Assembly: GCA_025558095.1 (NCBI GenBank)
Contig: JAIVFI010000042.1
Coordinates: 310,001 to 374,000 of the forward strand
Length of the DNA stretch: 64,000 nucleotides
Direction: 5' to 3'
From: Hyaloraphidium curvatum SAG 235-1
Lineage: Eukaryota; Fungi; Monoblepharomycota
Shown here: positions 1 through 11,572 of the stretch, piece by piece
Layout of the letters: each line of letters opens with the position of its first letter
How positions within the stretch are numbered: the stretch's first letter is position 1
Position numbers and translations under genes: made by a program
Notes under the pieces: model-generated
Seen by the model: the letters and a program-made list of their open reading frames with translations, nothing else
What the model was told of the DNA's origin: nothing
Database searches by the model: none

Positions 1-1199
1 AATGTTGTTGTTCTCAGCCCGCTGAATCTGCATGTAACGCAGGCGACAGCGTGAAGCTCATGCACAAGGTCATGTACACGGTGACCATGACCATCAGAGA
101 AAATCTTGACGTTCGTGCACAAATCGGGCTGCTCTGCGTGCTCGCGGTGTGGTTCTACGAGTGCCCGCCGGCAGTCGCCGAGTTCCTGTCGGAGAGCTCC
201 AACCTATCCTATGTGAGGCCGAGCAGCTTCTGCATCGCGCTGCTTGACTCATCGCCGCCGTCAACAGCTCATCGAGCAGGTGAAGCAGTCTGGAATCAAT
301 CCCCTCACACAGGGTCTTGCCGCTTTCCTTCTGGGGCTGTGCTATGAATTCAACGACGACTCAGAGCCATCAGTTACGAGGTTCGTGGGCAGCCGCGATG
401 TCAACGTTCTTTCCACAAACTGTCCGCACCAGGGCAACGATGAAGCCGATCATCACTAATCGGATAGGGATCGACCTTTTCCGAAGTCGGCTTGAGCGCC
501 TGCGAGAATCGAGGCCTTTCAACAAGGTCTCGCCAAACATGATGGTGCGATGCGTGTAGCTGCGCCGAGGTCAGTGCACTCATGGATGCTACAGATCTCT
601 GGCGAGATAGATGCCAAGGGCCTCCCGGACGTCTTCTTTGACTACTCCTTCACGGATTTCTTCAAGTCAAACTACGGTGATGCCGAGCATCGATAGCTTG
701 GTCCAGCATGTGCTAATCAAAACCTTGCTATTGCAGAGGCATTGCTCAATTCCATCACAACGGGGGGGCCAGCACGACCACGGACAGATGCAAAATGTGA
801 GCTGATCGCGACATGTTCGGCCGTTCGAGCTGATCTCCCGGGGTGAACCCAGCATCACCAATCGCCGGCGACCCCCAAGACCTGTCCGACCAAAGGGCAC
901 TGCTGACGAAGCAGCGGATGGAGCTGGAATCTCTTCAGCAGCGCGTCAGCGAACTGGAGGCGTTCCTGGCTTCGGAGAGGGAAGCATTTGCGCAGGAGCG
1001 CTCGGCGATGAACAAAACCATGGAGGACCTCATGGAAAAGCTGGCGACTAAAGAGAAGGAGGAGGAGGAGCTCCTGCTCTTGCTTGCCGACCAGGACTTG
1101 AAGCTCAAGGAGTTGGGCTACAACGACGATGATGGCGAGCCGGAAGAGGCGGCAGACGACGGGAATGACCATGATGAAGTAGACGGGGGTATACAGTAG
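1..1199 (+). CDS. USO1: Uso1/p115 vesicle-tethering protein, 3' part (multi-exon, 5' end outside window)
   Basis: Exon peptides LLCVLAVWFYECPPAVAEFL and QGLAAFLLGLCYEF resemble the end of the p115 head; followed by coiled coil, EEELLLLLADQD and an acidic tail; stop at 1197-1199. Confidence 0.85.
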
Positions 1200-1222
1200 T
1201 AGCTGTCCTATACCACAGTGGA

Positions 1223-4200
1223 TCAGATGACGCAGTAGTCTCGCATGACCATGTGCGCGAGGTGTTGTGCCCCCGTGGACATGTAGATGCCGCAGAGGTT
1301 GTACGCCGCCTCCTGAACGTACGAGTTGCCTCCTGCAGTGCTTCCTTCGGCCAGGACAGTCTCGTAGTAGGGAATTGCAAGATGAAAGAGGCCTGTGGGG
1401 GGTTATGAAATAGCCAGGGCGACATGCCAAAACAGCGCACCTATCTGGTGAAACGCCCGCGCTATGTTGTAGCACGCTTCGCCATTGCCGCGCCGCAGGT
1501 CATAGTAACGAAAAAGGAAGGTGAAGGCCTATTCCGCGTTAGCTGGCGAGGCAGCTCTGCACACAGTCGTCCCTCGACCGACCTGCACAATCTGCAAGTG
1601 ACGGTTGTCCGTTTGCCTGTTCATGGCCCTGTGAAGAAAAGCTATCCCAAGACTGAGGTTGATCAGGGGATCGTTGTTGCTTATGTTGTACGCCTTGATG
1701 TACGAGGCTGCAGTGCGGCGCTAAGCCAAAAGGTTGAAACGGGTGCATGCGTCCCACATATCGCATTAGAGTATGATCGTGCGGCCAGAAGGATGTGGCC
1801 ATAAAGGCAGACAAGCATGGCGTTCTGGTTTGCAGGGCTGTCGGGAGCCTTGCGAGCCTTGTTCTCCATTTGGTTGATGAGGCGCAAGAAAGCCTTCTGA
1901 ACATTGGACTGTGCATAAGCCGAGACGGCGTCCGGTCCTCTGCACCAATCACATGAGAAATCGCGGCCGGCCACCATGCCCTGCGGCTGTGGCGCGGTGC
2001 TCACCCGGACAAACACGCCGAGTACAGTCTGTAGGGATCGTTCTTGTACGGCTTTTGGTTGCAGAACCAGCGGCACACGTCCGCGACCTTCAGGACGTCG
2101 CCATTCTGCAATGCGATCCCTGGCGACGACCTCAGCAGCGAGAAGACGCAGCGGCGATCCACTTACCGATGGAGAGCATGCGCAGCGTGTGATGCCGTTG
2201 CTCGTCATGGTAGAACACATTGGCATCGATAGCCGATTGGAGCACTGCTTGTGCTTCTTCGAAACGCAGCTTTCGACAAAGAGCGATAGAATACTGCAAA
2301 ATGGAGGAAAGTGAGCTACCGTGGCCGCCGGAAAAACGGGTGTTCGCACAATCGTGAAAGTCTCCAACCACTCGTCGAAAGATAGACCCTGAAAGCTGGT
2401 CAGCGAGCTGGAGTCCGCCGCGCCGTCCTCCCCTTGCAAGACGGTTCGTTAGGAGGGGCCGCGCCCATAGTGGACTACGCTCACCTGACTTGCGCAGCCG
2501 TGTCACCAAGTTGTTAAGTGCTTGCTGGGCACCAGCGTTCTGCGCCTTTGACCTCTTCTTCCGGCCAACGCCCGAGAACTTCTTGGACTGCGGGTAAAGT
2601 CAGAATCAACGCAAATCCGGCAGCACGGAGACAGCAGTACCCGATCCGAAGGATAGAAAGCCTTCGTTGTCTGGAACTTCTGCACCAGCTTCCGCGCCGT
2701 ACGCAGGAGATCGCTCTGCTCGACATCGCTCGCGTCGCCTTCGCCCCATTTACCCCACAGAACCTTGCATTTCTGGAAGTTGGTGCGGTTGACGAGCTGC
2801 GCCTGCTCCTCCTCCGCTCGCCTCGTCTGCTCCCGTGCGGACGACTTCCGGTCTGAAGTTTCGCCTTCAATCAGGGCGCGACTCTGAGCGGCGCCAGCCT
2901 TGGACGCCCCGGTCGCTCGTGCGGATTCTTCGACTAAGCAGTGGAACAAATCAGCGTTGCATCTTCGGCTGCCGAAATGCCAGCCAAACCTTGGGTCACG
3001 AGCCGCATCGCTTGCTCGGTATCGCCCAGATCCGTATAGACTTGAGCCAGCTCAAGCACGGCGTCCACGTCTCCGGGCCGCGCGGCGATCACGGCTTCCA
3101 AAAGCTGCGCGCTCCTTTCCAGATCCCCGACTTCCTTGGAACAGGTTGCCATCCGTGCCCACAGCTGCTCATTGTTGGTGGAATCGTTCGCTCCCAACAT
3201 CTCGAGCACCTCCATCGCGGGCCCGAAGAGCTTCTTCTTGATGTACGCATCTGCCACTTCGAAAAAGAGCTCCGGATATTCATCGACGCGATAGCTGCGA
3301 AGAATTGCAAAGTGTCGCTGCGTGGAACGGGCTTAGAGGAGGTATGCCGGTGGAGGACCCGGTGCCACCAACCCGTGCGAGGTCCAACTCATCAGTCCAC
3401 AAACGGCAAATGCCGAGCTTTACTCGAAGCTCCGGAGGAAGCCATCTGCCCGATTCCGGATCGTCGGCCGCGGAATATTCTTCGTCGTTGTCGACAACAT
3501 CCCAAGTGCTCGACTCTGCCCAACGCCCCTGCAGCTTGCGCGTCTGCTTCTTGATGAAGTCAATCGCGACCTCGTACTCGTCCACTTCCATGTATAGTTC
3601 CGCCAGCATGTTTGTCTCCTCGAACTGGATTCGACGACTGATCCATTCCTCTCCAGGCTCGCGATCTTCGTCGTCGCTCTCGGGCTCCACCTGGACGAAC
3701 GCCCCGGGTTCGTTTCCAAACTCGGCGTCATCGTTTGCCAGGATCTCCTCGAACAACGTGATCGCTTTCTGCGGCATGCCTTGCGAGAGATACAACCTTG
3801 CAAGGTCCTTGATGACACTCAGCTCATCAGGATGGACGTTGAGTATCTGGATGAACCCGTCGATTGCCTAGAGCCGAGAGCTATCAAAAACGCGGGCACA
3901 TAGCCCGGAGACCAACATGCCTTGCGCGGTTGCCCCAGCTTCTCGTAAACCTTGCTCCGGCTCGCCAATGCATCGACGTCGCTCCGGTCGAGCCTAATTG
4001 CCTTGTTGTAACAGTACACCGCCTGTGAAAGCTGGCTAGCTTTGCTGAGAGCGGTAATGAGAGTCGACGAGGGCTTGGAACTGGGAGCACCTTCATACGC
4101 ACGTCGACATCTCCCCGAGCCGCTTCCATAGGTCCGAATCCCGCGGTGTGAGATGAGCTGCGATGAGGTAAAACTGGAGCGCCTTGACCGAATCCTCGAG

Positions 4201-4998
4201 CTCCTCGTGGATCATGGCCAGCGTGAACCAGGCCTGGTGCGCGTACGGGGCGCTCCGAATGATCTGGTGCAGGCTGTGAATGGCGTCGCTGTACTGGCCC
4301 TGCGTATAGGCCATGTTGGCTTCGCCGAGGAGGCGGGACTGCACGTCGTTCAAGGCCCTGGAGCCCTTGCCTGCGCCGACCTGCGTCGTGCATGAGGCGC
4401 GCGGCTATACAGTCGTGCGCAAAGGCCCACCGCTCTCCGCCGCCGCTTGCGCCTCCTGGACTGTCCGGATTCCATGGCCATCTGCGTCTCCAGCTCCTCC
4501 AGATCTCCAGCCACCGCACCATCGTCGTCTTCCGAGTAGTCGACGGTACCGAACAACTGGTTGAAGAGGGGAGTCGACTCGTCCTCCCCGGCGAGGATCC
4601 CTTCTATCGCGGTGGGATCAAATAGGCGGCTGCATGCATCTTCAATCAGCAAAAGCGGAATTTGCAGTCCCAAACTCGCACAGACGTTGAGGTCGGCGTT
4701 CCGATGGCGCCTTCTGCCCCGTCAGCGCCGTCCGGGCCCTCCCCGTCGCCGTCGTCCTCCTCTCCGTCCTCCTCCTCCCCGTCGTCATCTCCGCCTGGGT
4801 CAAACGAGCTTCCCAAGTAGCTCTGAGTCGTCCGGGGAGCGGCACCCGTGGCCGCCGCATGGAAAGCCGCGGTTGACATGCGAATATCGTCCGGATGCAG
4901 GTCCTCCAACTCCACACTGGTGCACCGGGGATCCCGTCTTCAGCCGTCCTGGTATTGTCGCGCGGGTAATCTCACTACTCCGGCTCATCTTCGTCCAT
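1223..4998 (-). CDS. TFC4: RNA polymerase III transcription factor TFIIIC TPR subunit (tau131), multi-exon
   Basis: Acidic N-terminus; TPRs (LLGEANMAY...AWFTLAMIHEE...AAHLTPRDSDLWKRL); LPPELRVKLGIC; C-terminal LYGHILL, HRAMNRQTDNRHLQI, EACYNIARAFHQ, EAAYNL...YCVI-stop at 1223. The start at 4998 is tentative. Confidence 0.88.
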
Positions 4999-5136
4999 CG
5001 CTGGAATAACTACGGAGTGTAGACTTCCGATCAAGTCGATCGCGTTTTGCAGCACCGCCCACAGCGCGACCCTCATTCGAGCCCGACCCTCAACGATTGT
5101 TCCGCCGAGACACTCGGGCTCGGGGCTCACCATGGG

Positions 5137-7743
5137 ATGCGAATCTCCTGCACATATTCAGAGCTCTTGACCCTCGCAGCGGCGCTGAGCCTCATCGTGT
5201 TTGGTGGACATCTCTTCATCTCGAACCTTTTGCTCATTTTCGGCTCCCTTCGGGATACCGAGTCGCTCGTCGCGGCCTCCGCACCAAATGCTAGGCCGTT
5301 ACCGGCGTCTTTGGGACGCCTTGAAGTGCCAAAGCCCCTGGCGACATCTGGGCTGCCCCGGCCAAAACGGCGAAAGAAGCCGACTCGACGGAACCGCACG
5401 GAGGATGCTTCACAGTATCTGGGCACTGGGGAACCTGGGATTGGGCTCCCTTGGAGGCTTGACGCAGCCAGGTACCTCAGCGCTCTCACGGAGCTCGAGC
5501 TCCAGCGGCGGAATGGCTCGCACAAGACCCCACGGTTCCCCGAGTACTCCGACCCCACGTCTCTGCCTCCCTTTGAACGCTGCAGCGCTTGGGCTGGCTG
5601 GGCTTTCGTGAACGCTTGGCGTGAGAATTGGTTTGACCTGTGCGATGGCGGCGGCAGTTTGGATGGAAGCAGGGCCGTGCAAGCCGACGCAGGCACCGCA
5701 CCTGTGTTGAACACAAAAGGCGCCGCGCAGGGCCCCGCGCGGGGTCGCCGAAGGGTCTCCTTTCCGATATCGGAAGGCCGTGGTGCGGGACCAGATCGCC
5801 GTAGCTTCCAGACGCACCCTTCTACTGACCAGCTTTGGAAAGCCTATTTGGAAGAACGGAGGGCCCACGGTCCGTCTTCCAACGAACGGCCTCGGGGCCC
5901 TCTGTTCGAAGACACGGCTTGGAAAGGTCGCGATGGAGTTTTTTTCACTCGGCCAGTGGCCACTGCTGCCAGTCCGCCCTCCCCGGCCATCAGATGTTTC
6001 CAACGCTCCGACGTGGATCCGGACCATCATTTGACGCTCTGTGCTTCCTTTCCCGAAACGCCGCTGCTGCTTCCGCAGGGCTCCTATCCCATAACGCGGT
6101 GTTATCTGCTCAATAAGGACGGCAAAGGCTGCAACTTTGGGTGGGGCCAGCCGGGGACGACAGGCGTGTTCCCGAAAGGATCGGTCGTGGCCCCGGGCTG
6201 CTCTGTTTCTGCGGACGCAGCTGCACGGTTCCGACATGTCGCCGGTGTATCGCGGAAGCTGGGCCTTGCGCTGGCGCCGAACGTCCCGGATGAAACCGAC
6301 CCCCGCCTTGGAAGCACTGACGTGGATGATCAGCAAGAGGCTGGGTATCGCGGTGCCGGCTCGGTAGCTTCCTTGGATGGGGCGAGCGCAGAGTATCCTC
6401 CGCTCAACGAAAGCGCGAGGCATGGTGAATGGTCGCTGTCATGGAAGGCGATCCACCCAGCACCCAAAGAAGGATCCCCGGACAACCGCCGGCAGACCAC
6501 GCTCGGCGTCTTTGACTTTGTGCCTGAACCCGTCTCGGAATGCGTGCATCTTGTGACGGAACCCGTCTGGTTCGTGGAGAGGCTGGATCCGATAAACATC
6601 TACCACGGTTCTGAGGATCACACTCACGTATTTGACGCTCTGCTGGTTCTACCTGACGATCTCCTCGCGAGCTTCGGCAACCGGTCCTTTCGTTTCGTGT
6701 TCTTGGATCCGCAGGAGGATGGCTTTTTCCTCGAGTTCTGGCAGCGCGTCTCCTACCCCAACCCGGTGCGCTTTCTCCACAAGGAACCTTATCCTCCGGG
6801 GACGTGCTTTGTTGGCGGCACTGTTTGGTCCGTCCATTCGGAACGGAGTGTGTTGAGCTTGGGTCTGCACGGCGAGGGTTGGAGGGGTTACGGACGCAAG
6901 TGTCCGTCCTTGCTGCTCCAAGCATTCAATCGCTGGATCCGCGATCTTTTTGCGGATCGGACGCATACTCCGGCCTCGGAAATGGTGTGGTCACGATTTT
7001 CTTTCCGCGGGGATGGCCGGATCGTGATCCCCGATGAGACGCTGTTCAGCTTCTGGGACGAGGCAGAACGTCTGCAGGACCAGCCGCAACGAGAGGCATG
7101 GTGGATGGAGCGAGAATCTCGCAGCATCGTAAAGGGGAACCGTGGCCGTATCTTGCTCCGCAGGCGGCACAGCCTGATATGGCTCTCGCGCCGATCTTTG
7201 GAGACCACGCAAGCCCAGCTCACGAGCTGGCAACAGGCGCGTCTCATTCCGGCAGAAGTCGAAGAGTGCTTCCTGCAACGCTTGCTGCGCTTTGTCCTCT
7301 TTCGGAATTCGCAGCAGTGCATCAGGCGATTCCCTCCCAACCGACAAGCAAGGGAATGTCGTGGCGTAGCCAATCACTTTTGGGACGTGGAGAACCTCGA
7401 GGCCAGCGATCTTTCGTATGCGGAGCAGATGGAGCGTGTGGGGCGTGCCGACATCATTGTCGGCGCGCACGGTGCTGCACTGACGCACGCCATCCACATG
7501 CGGCCGGGATCGGCCGTGGTGGAGCTCGCGATGGGTGGGAATCCCCATTACGAGTTCATGACGACCGGGGCGGGTCACAGGTACTTTGCGACTTCCCTTG
7601 AGACCCAGAGCATGGAAAATGCTCTGCATCCGGTGATGGCAGCAATGAGGTGGATCGAGGGTGTTGCCCAGTGGCCTGAATATGGCTCATTCAAGGATGA
7701 AGGATGTGCGCGTGATGTGCTTTTGCAGCAAGGTGGCGGATAG
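5137..7743 (+). CDS. Glycosyltransferase family 61 (DUF563; EOGT/xylosyltransferase-like), type II membrane protein, intronless
   Basis: N-terminal TM helix; ERLDPINIYH; C-terminal ADIIVGAHGAALTHAIHMRPGSAVVEL GT61 motif. First in-frame ATG at 5137 within ORF 5047-7743. Confidence 0.8.
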   Translation: MRISCTYSELLTLAAALSLIVFGGHLFISNLLLIFGSLRDTESLVAASAPNARPLPASLGRLEVPKPLATSGLPRPKRRKKPTRRNRTEDASQYLGTGEPGIGLPWRLDAARYLSALTELELQRRNGSHKTPRFPEYSDPTSLPPFERCSAWAGWAFVNAWRENWFDLCDGGGSLDGSRAVQADAGTAPVLNTKGAAQGPARGRRRVSFPISEGRGAGPDRRSFQTHPSTDQLWKAYLEERRAHGPSSNERPRGPLFEDTAWKGRDGVFFTRPVATAASPPSPAIRCFQRSDVDPDHHLTLCASFPETPLLLPQGSYPITRCYLLNKDGKGCNFGWGQPGTTGVFPKGSVVAPGCSVSADAAARFRHVAGVSRKLGLALAPNVPDETDPRLGSTDVDDQQEAGYRGAGSVASLDGASAEYPPLNESARHGEWSLSWKAIHPAPKEGSPDNRRQTTLGVFDFVPEPVSECVHLVTEPVWFVERLDPINIYHGSEDHTHVFDALLVLPDDLLASFGNRSFRFVFLDPQEDGFFLEFWQRVSYPNPVRFLHKEPYPPGTCFVGGTVWSVHSERSVLSLGLHGEGWRGYGRKCPSLLLQAFNRWIRDLFADRTHTPASEMVWSRFSFRGDGRIVIPDETLFSFWDEAERLQDQPQREAWWMERESRSIVKGNRGRILLRRRHSLIWLSRRSLETTQAQLTSWQQARLIPAEVEECFLQRLLRFVLFRNSQQCIRRFPPNRQARECRGVANHFWDVENLEASDLSYAEQMERVGRADIIVGAHGAALTHAIHMRPGSAVVELAMGGNPHYEFMTTGAGHRYFATSLETQSMENALHPVMAAMRWIEGVAQWPEYGSFKDEGCARDVLLQQGGG

Positions 7744-7880
7744 TTTATAGTGGCCTTTGTCTCTCTTTTGAAATTTGACAACATGTAGTCGAAATGCGTT
7801 TTTGTTGCAGCACAAGGTCTTCTGAAACTGTTTGGACCGTGTCCTCCGTTTCGGTTCTTATAGGTGGTGTTGTGCTCGAT

Positions 7881-7910
7881 CAGGTTGTTGACATGTTCAA
7901 GAAGGCGTTC
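7881..7910 (+). mobile_element. Relic of LINE family A RT region
   Basis: caggttgttgacatgttcaagaaggcgttc matches the LINE at about 9978-10007 with 2 mismatches. Confidence 0.65.
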
Positions 7911-7921
7911 AGAGAAGAAGG

Positions 7922-8157
7922 GAATAGCAATGGTGACCCGGACCTGCCCCTTGTTTGTTGTTACACCATCAGTTTGCTGCTAATTTGAAGTTGGTGGTCG
8001 TGCGTCTTTTTCATTTTCCCAGTTTCCTGTCCTTCATGGACTTTGAGATGAAGCTGGCAATGGAGTTGAGGGCCTTCTCCTTTTGCCGCCTCACTTTGAT
8101 CGTGGGCTCGAACTCCTTGATGCTGAGAGCCCAGAGCCAGGTCTCCATGTTCCACTC
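7922..8157 (-). mobile_element. LINE family A 3' end (diverged copy), displaced from the minus-strand element by the plus-strand insertion
   Basis: Reverse complement of ORF2 C-terminus (EWNMETWLWALSIKEFEPTIK) and 3' UTR; continues 11573 exactly, with cactc duplicated. Confidence 0.9.
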
Positions 8158-11100
8158 AGGAGCATATGAGCAACAACGACATCCGCGCAGAGGTTGCCGC
8201 GGTACTGGAAACGTTCGAGGTTTATGAGAAGAGCTGCTCGGAGCATGGTGGAGGAGGGTTGACGGTCTTTGTGCGAAAGGAGCTACCGCACACCGTACGG
8301 ACAGACTCGGACCCGATCCTGGACGTCGTGCAGATCCAAGTCGGCGGAGTGAACGTGCTGGGGGCGTACATACCGCCGACGCCAACGCAGGACATAGTCA
8401 CGCAGGACGAGATGTGGTCGAGGTTCTCAGGGATTGTGGCTGGGTGCGACATGCCGATCGTGATCGGGGACCTGAACGCACATGTGGGGATAAGCGAGGC
8501 AAACAGCGACGTGCGTGGCACGAGCTTCGGAAAGCGTGTAATCCGGTCGGAGCAGCGCACGGATCGGAGGGGGAAACAGCTACTTGCACTGTGCCACGAG
8601 GAGGAGCTGGTGATCCTGAATGGGCGCCTCGAGCCGGGGGCAACAACTCGCGCAGGAAAGGATGGCGAGCGGGACAGCACCTTGGACTACGCAATCGTGC
8701 CGCAGAGCCGCTACGGGACGGTCACCCAGCTTGCATTTGTGAAGGAAGGCTGGGTCGTCACCTCAGACCACATGGCCCTGAGCCTGACCATCAAGGCCAA
8801 CCTCGTGCGACCAGCTGCGAAGGAGAACAAGCCGCACTGCAAGCCCGTGCCGTGCAACTTCCACTTCCTCGCAATAATGCGAAACCTCTACGACGAGCCC
8901 TGGGTCAAGGAGGCAATGCAAGAGTACGAGCAACTTCAAGCTGGATCCGACAAGTGCAACCGGCTCATCCAGATCATGGCAGCGGTGAACAAGGTCGCAA
9001 AGAAGAAGTACGACAAGGTCAGCGTACACGAAGAGGCGGACAAGTTCCTCAACGGCTTTGCGGACTCGGCAGAGAGGGCCGAGATCGATCGGAAGCTGTC
9101 ACGCCTTCTTGAGCTGCGATCCCTCATGGAGAAGGACGAGTGGAAGAAGGAGTACCAGGGGAAGACGCGGGAGCTGGAGAAGGAGCGGAAGAAGTTGGAG
9201 AAGAGGATGCGGAGGGTTGCTGAGCGAGAGAACTCCAAGCTGCTAGAGCGACTCTTCAGGCGAGAGCCTAAGGGGTACTACCAGCTGCTTGGAAAGGCTC
9301 ACGCAAGGCGCAAGGGCAACCCCGTGCCCTTTGCAGAGCTGGTGCGCCACATGGAGATGGTCGCCAGCGCCGAATACGTGACCAAGATCGAGGAGGATCC
9401 AAGGCTCACGTTTCCACCACTTCCCAAGGCCACGATCACGCCTTCTGGAGACCTGCTGCGCCCCATCACCCTCAAGGAGCTGGAGAGGGTCTTGAAGAAG
9501 GCCCCCAACGGCAAGGCAAAGGACGAGGATGGGATCCGGCTCGAGTTCGTCAAGTACGGGACTGCAGTACTGAAGCAAGCTGTTGTCAACCTCCTCAACG
9601 ACGTGCTCAATGGCGTCAAGATGGATGACTGGGGCCAGACACTGCTGGTGATGCTGCACAAGAAGGGGCCCAAGAACGTGGCTGGCAACTACCGAGGCAT
9701 CAGCATAGAGAGGACGCTGGAGAAGGTCTTCTCCCTGGTCTGGAACGCTCGGCTAGCTCCCTGGGCTGAGTGCAACAAGCTGCTGGAAGGCTCGCAGTTT
9801 GGATTCCGTGCACGGAGATCGACCCTTCATGCAGTGTTCCTTGCCGAGGCACTCTTCTCCCTGGCCAAGGCATGCAAGGAGAAGCTGATCATGGTCTTTG
9901 TAGATTTCACAAAGGCTTTTGACACGGTGGAACACCCCAGGTTATGGCAGAAACTGGAGGAGATGGGTGCACCCAAACAGGTTGTTGACATGTTCGAGAT
10001 GGCGTTCGGGCGCGTGTGGGGACGGCTCCGGGATGAAGACGGGACCAAGTCAGACTTCATCAAGTTCCTGACCGGAGTGAAGCAGGGGGACCCTCTCTCG
10101 TCGCTGTTCTTCATCTTGTTCATCAACGACATCACTGCTTTCATGGAGGCCAATGGTGCAAAAGGGATGGATCTGGGCATGGTGTCTGAGGAGGAAGAGG
10201 ATCAGGAGAGGATGGTCAGCTTGCTAGCTCTGTTCTTTGCAGACGACACCACTTTGATCTCGAAGACGGTGAAGGATGCCAAGATGCAGCTGGATCTTCT
10301 GTCTGCATATGCCAGTGCCAATGGGCTGGAGATCAACGTCAGCAAGACAGAGTGGATGGCCAGGAGGATACCTCACCGTGTAAAGCTCATGTACAGGGAC
10401 CAGGAGCTGAAGAGGGTTGACAGCTTCAAGCTTCTGGGGTATCAGCTGACCTCAACCGGCCGGAGCAAGGACCATGTGCATGGCAGAGAGGCCAAGATGA
10501 ACGCTGCTTATGGCCTCTGGCTCCGCCGCGACTTCAGGGAGCAGCCTGGGATGAGTCCTGACCTCCAGCTCAAGCTCTACAACACAAAGGTCAAGGCAGT
10601 GGGCCAATATGGGAACCCGTTCATTGTTGAGATGCCGAAGGAGGAGTACCTTGCCGGGGAAAGCACCAGGGACAAAGTGACATGCATGGCTCTTCGTGCC
10701 GTCACTCATCTGCCCAAGTCTACCTCCCTGGCCTGTCTGTATGCGATCACTGGCCAGTACCCCCTTGCAGTTCATGACCACGAGTCGGCACTCAAGTTCC
10801 TCATGTGCATCAAAACAGCGGATCCTGCGCTGTACCTACTTTACAAAGAGCTCAAGATCGAGGCACTGAAGGGGTCCTGGAACTGGGCTGCCTTCCTGAG
10901 GGAACTACTTGTATACTATGGTGGCGAAGATGGGAAGGAGATGTGGGAGAAGGACACTGTCTCATGGCCCAAGGAGACTGTGGAGAATCTTGTGAAGGGC
11001 AAGTTCAGGGAGATCAATGCCCAGAGGCTCAAGGACAACGACAAACTGCACTTTTGGAGGATGTGTGACATGACCTTTGGCCACATCGGACCATCCTTGA

Positions 11101-11572
11101 TCCGGGTGGAGAAGCACCGGAGGGATGTCCAAAAGTTGCTGTGCTCTACCCACGACCTGGAGGTGGAGACAGGCAGGCACCAAGGACTTGAGGTGCAGCA
11201 GAGAACGTGCAAGCATGACCCTGAGCACATTGGAGACGAACAACACTTTCTGTTTCACTGTTCAGCAAATGCAGAGCGGCGCCAGAAGCTGCAGACCAGA
11301 CTGGAAGCACTGGGCCGCGAGTGGAACATGGAGACCTGGCTCTGGGCTCTTAGCATCAAGGAGTTCGAGCCCACGATCAAAGCGAGGCGGCAGAAGGAGA
11401 AGGCCCTCAACTCCATTGCCAGCTTCATCTCAAAGTCCATGAAGGACAGGAAAACTGGGAAAATGAAAAAGACACACGACGACGATGAACTTTGCAATTA
11501 GCAGCAAACTCATGGTGTAACAGCGGCCAAGCCAGGGGCAGGTCCGGGTCACCAATACTATTCTATTCTATT
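8158..11572 (+). mobile_element. LINE family A (APE endonuclease-RT, RTE-X/CR1-group-like), 5'-truncated copy with an open 1111-aa ORF2 remainder
   Basis: APE motifs GDLNAH, LDYAI, SDH; RT motifs NYRGIS, QFGFR, FVDFTKAFD, GVKQGDPLS, FADD; C-terminal EVETGR...GDEQHFLFHC; (TTCTA)n tail at about 11558-11572; 5-bp target duplication cactc at 8153-8157 and 11573-11577. Confidence 0.95.

Noticed and set aside
8166-11501. 1111-aa ORF as a complete autonomous single-ORF element or domesticated RT gene
   Set aside because: It starts at an internal Met; APE motifs I and II are present only upstream in the minus copy, so this copy is 5'-truncated.
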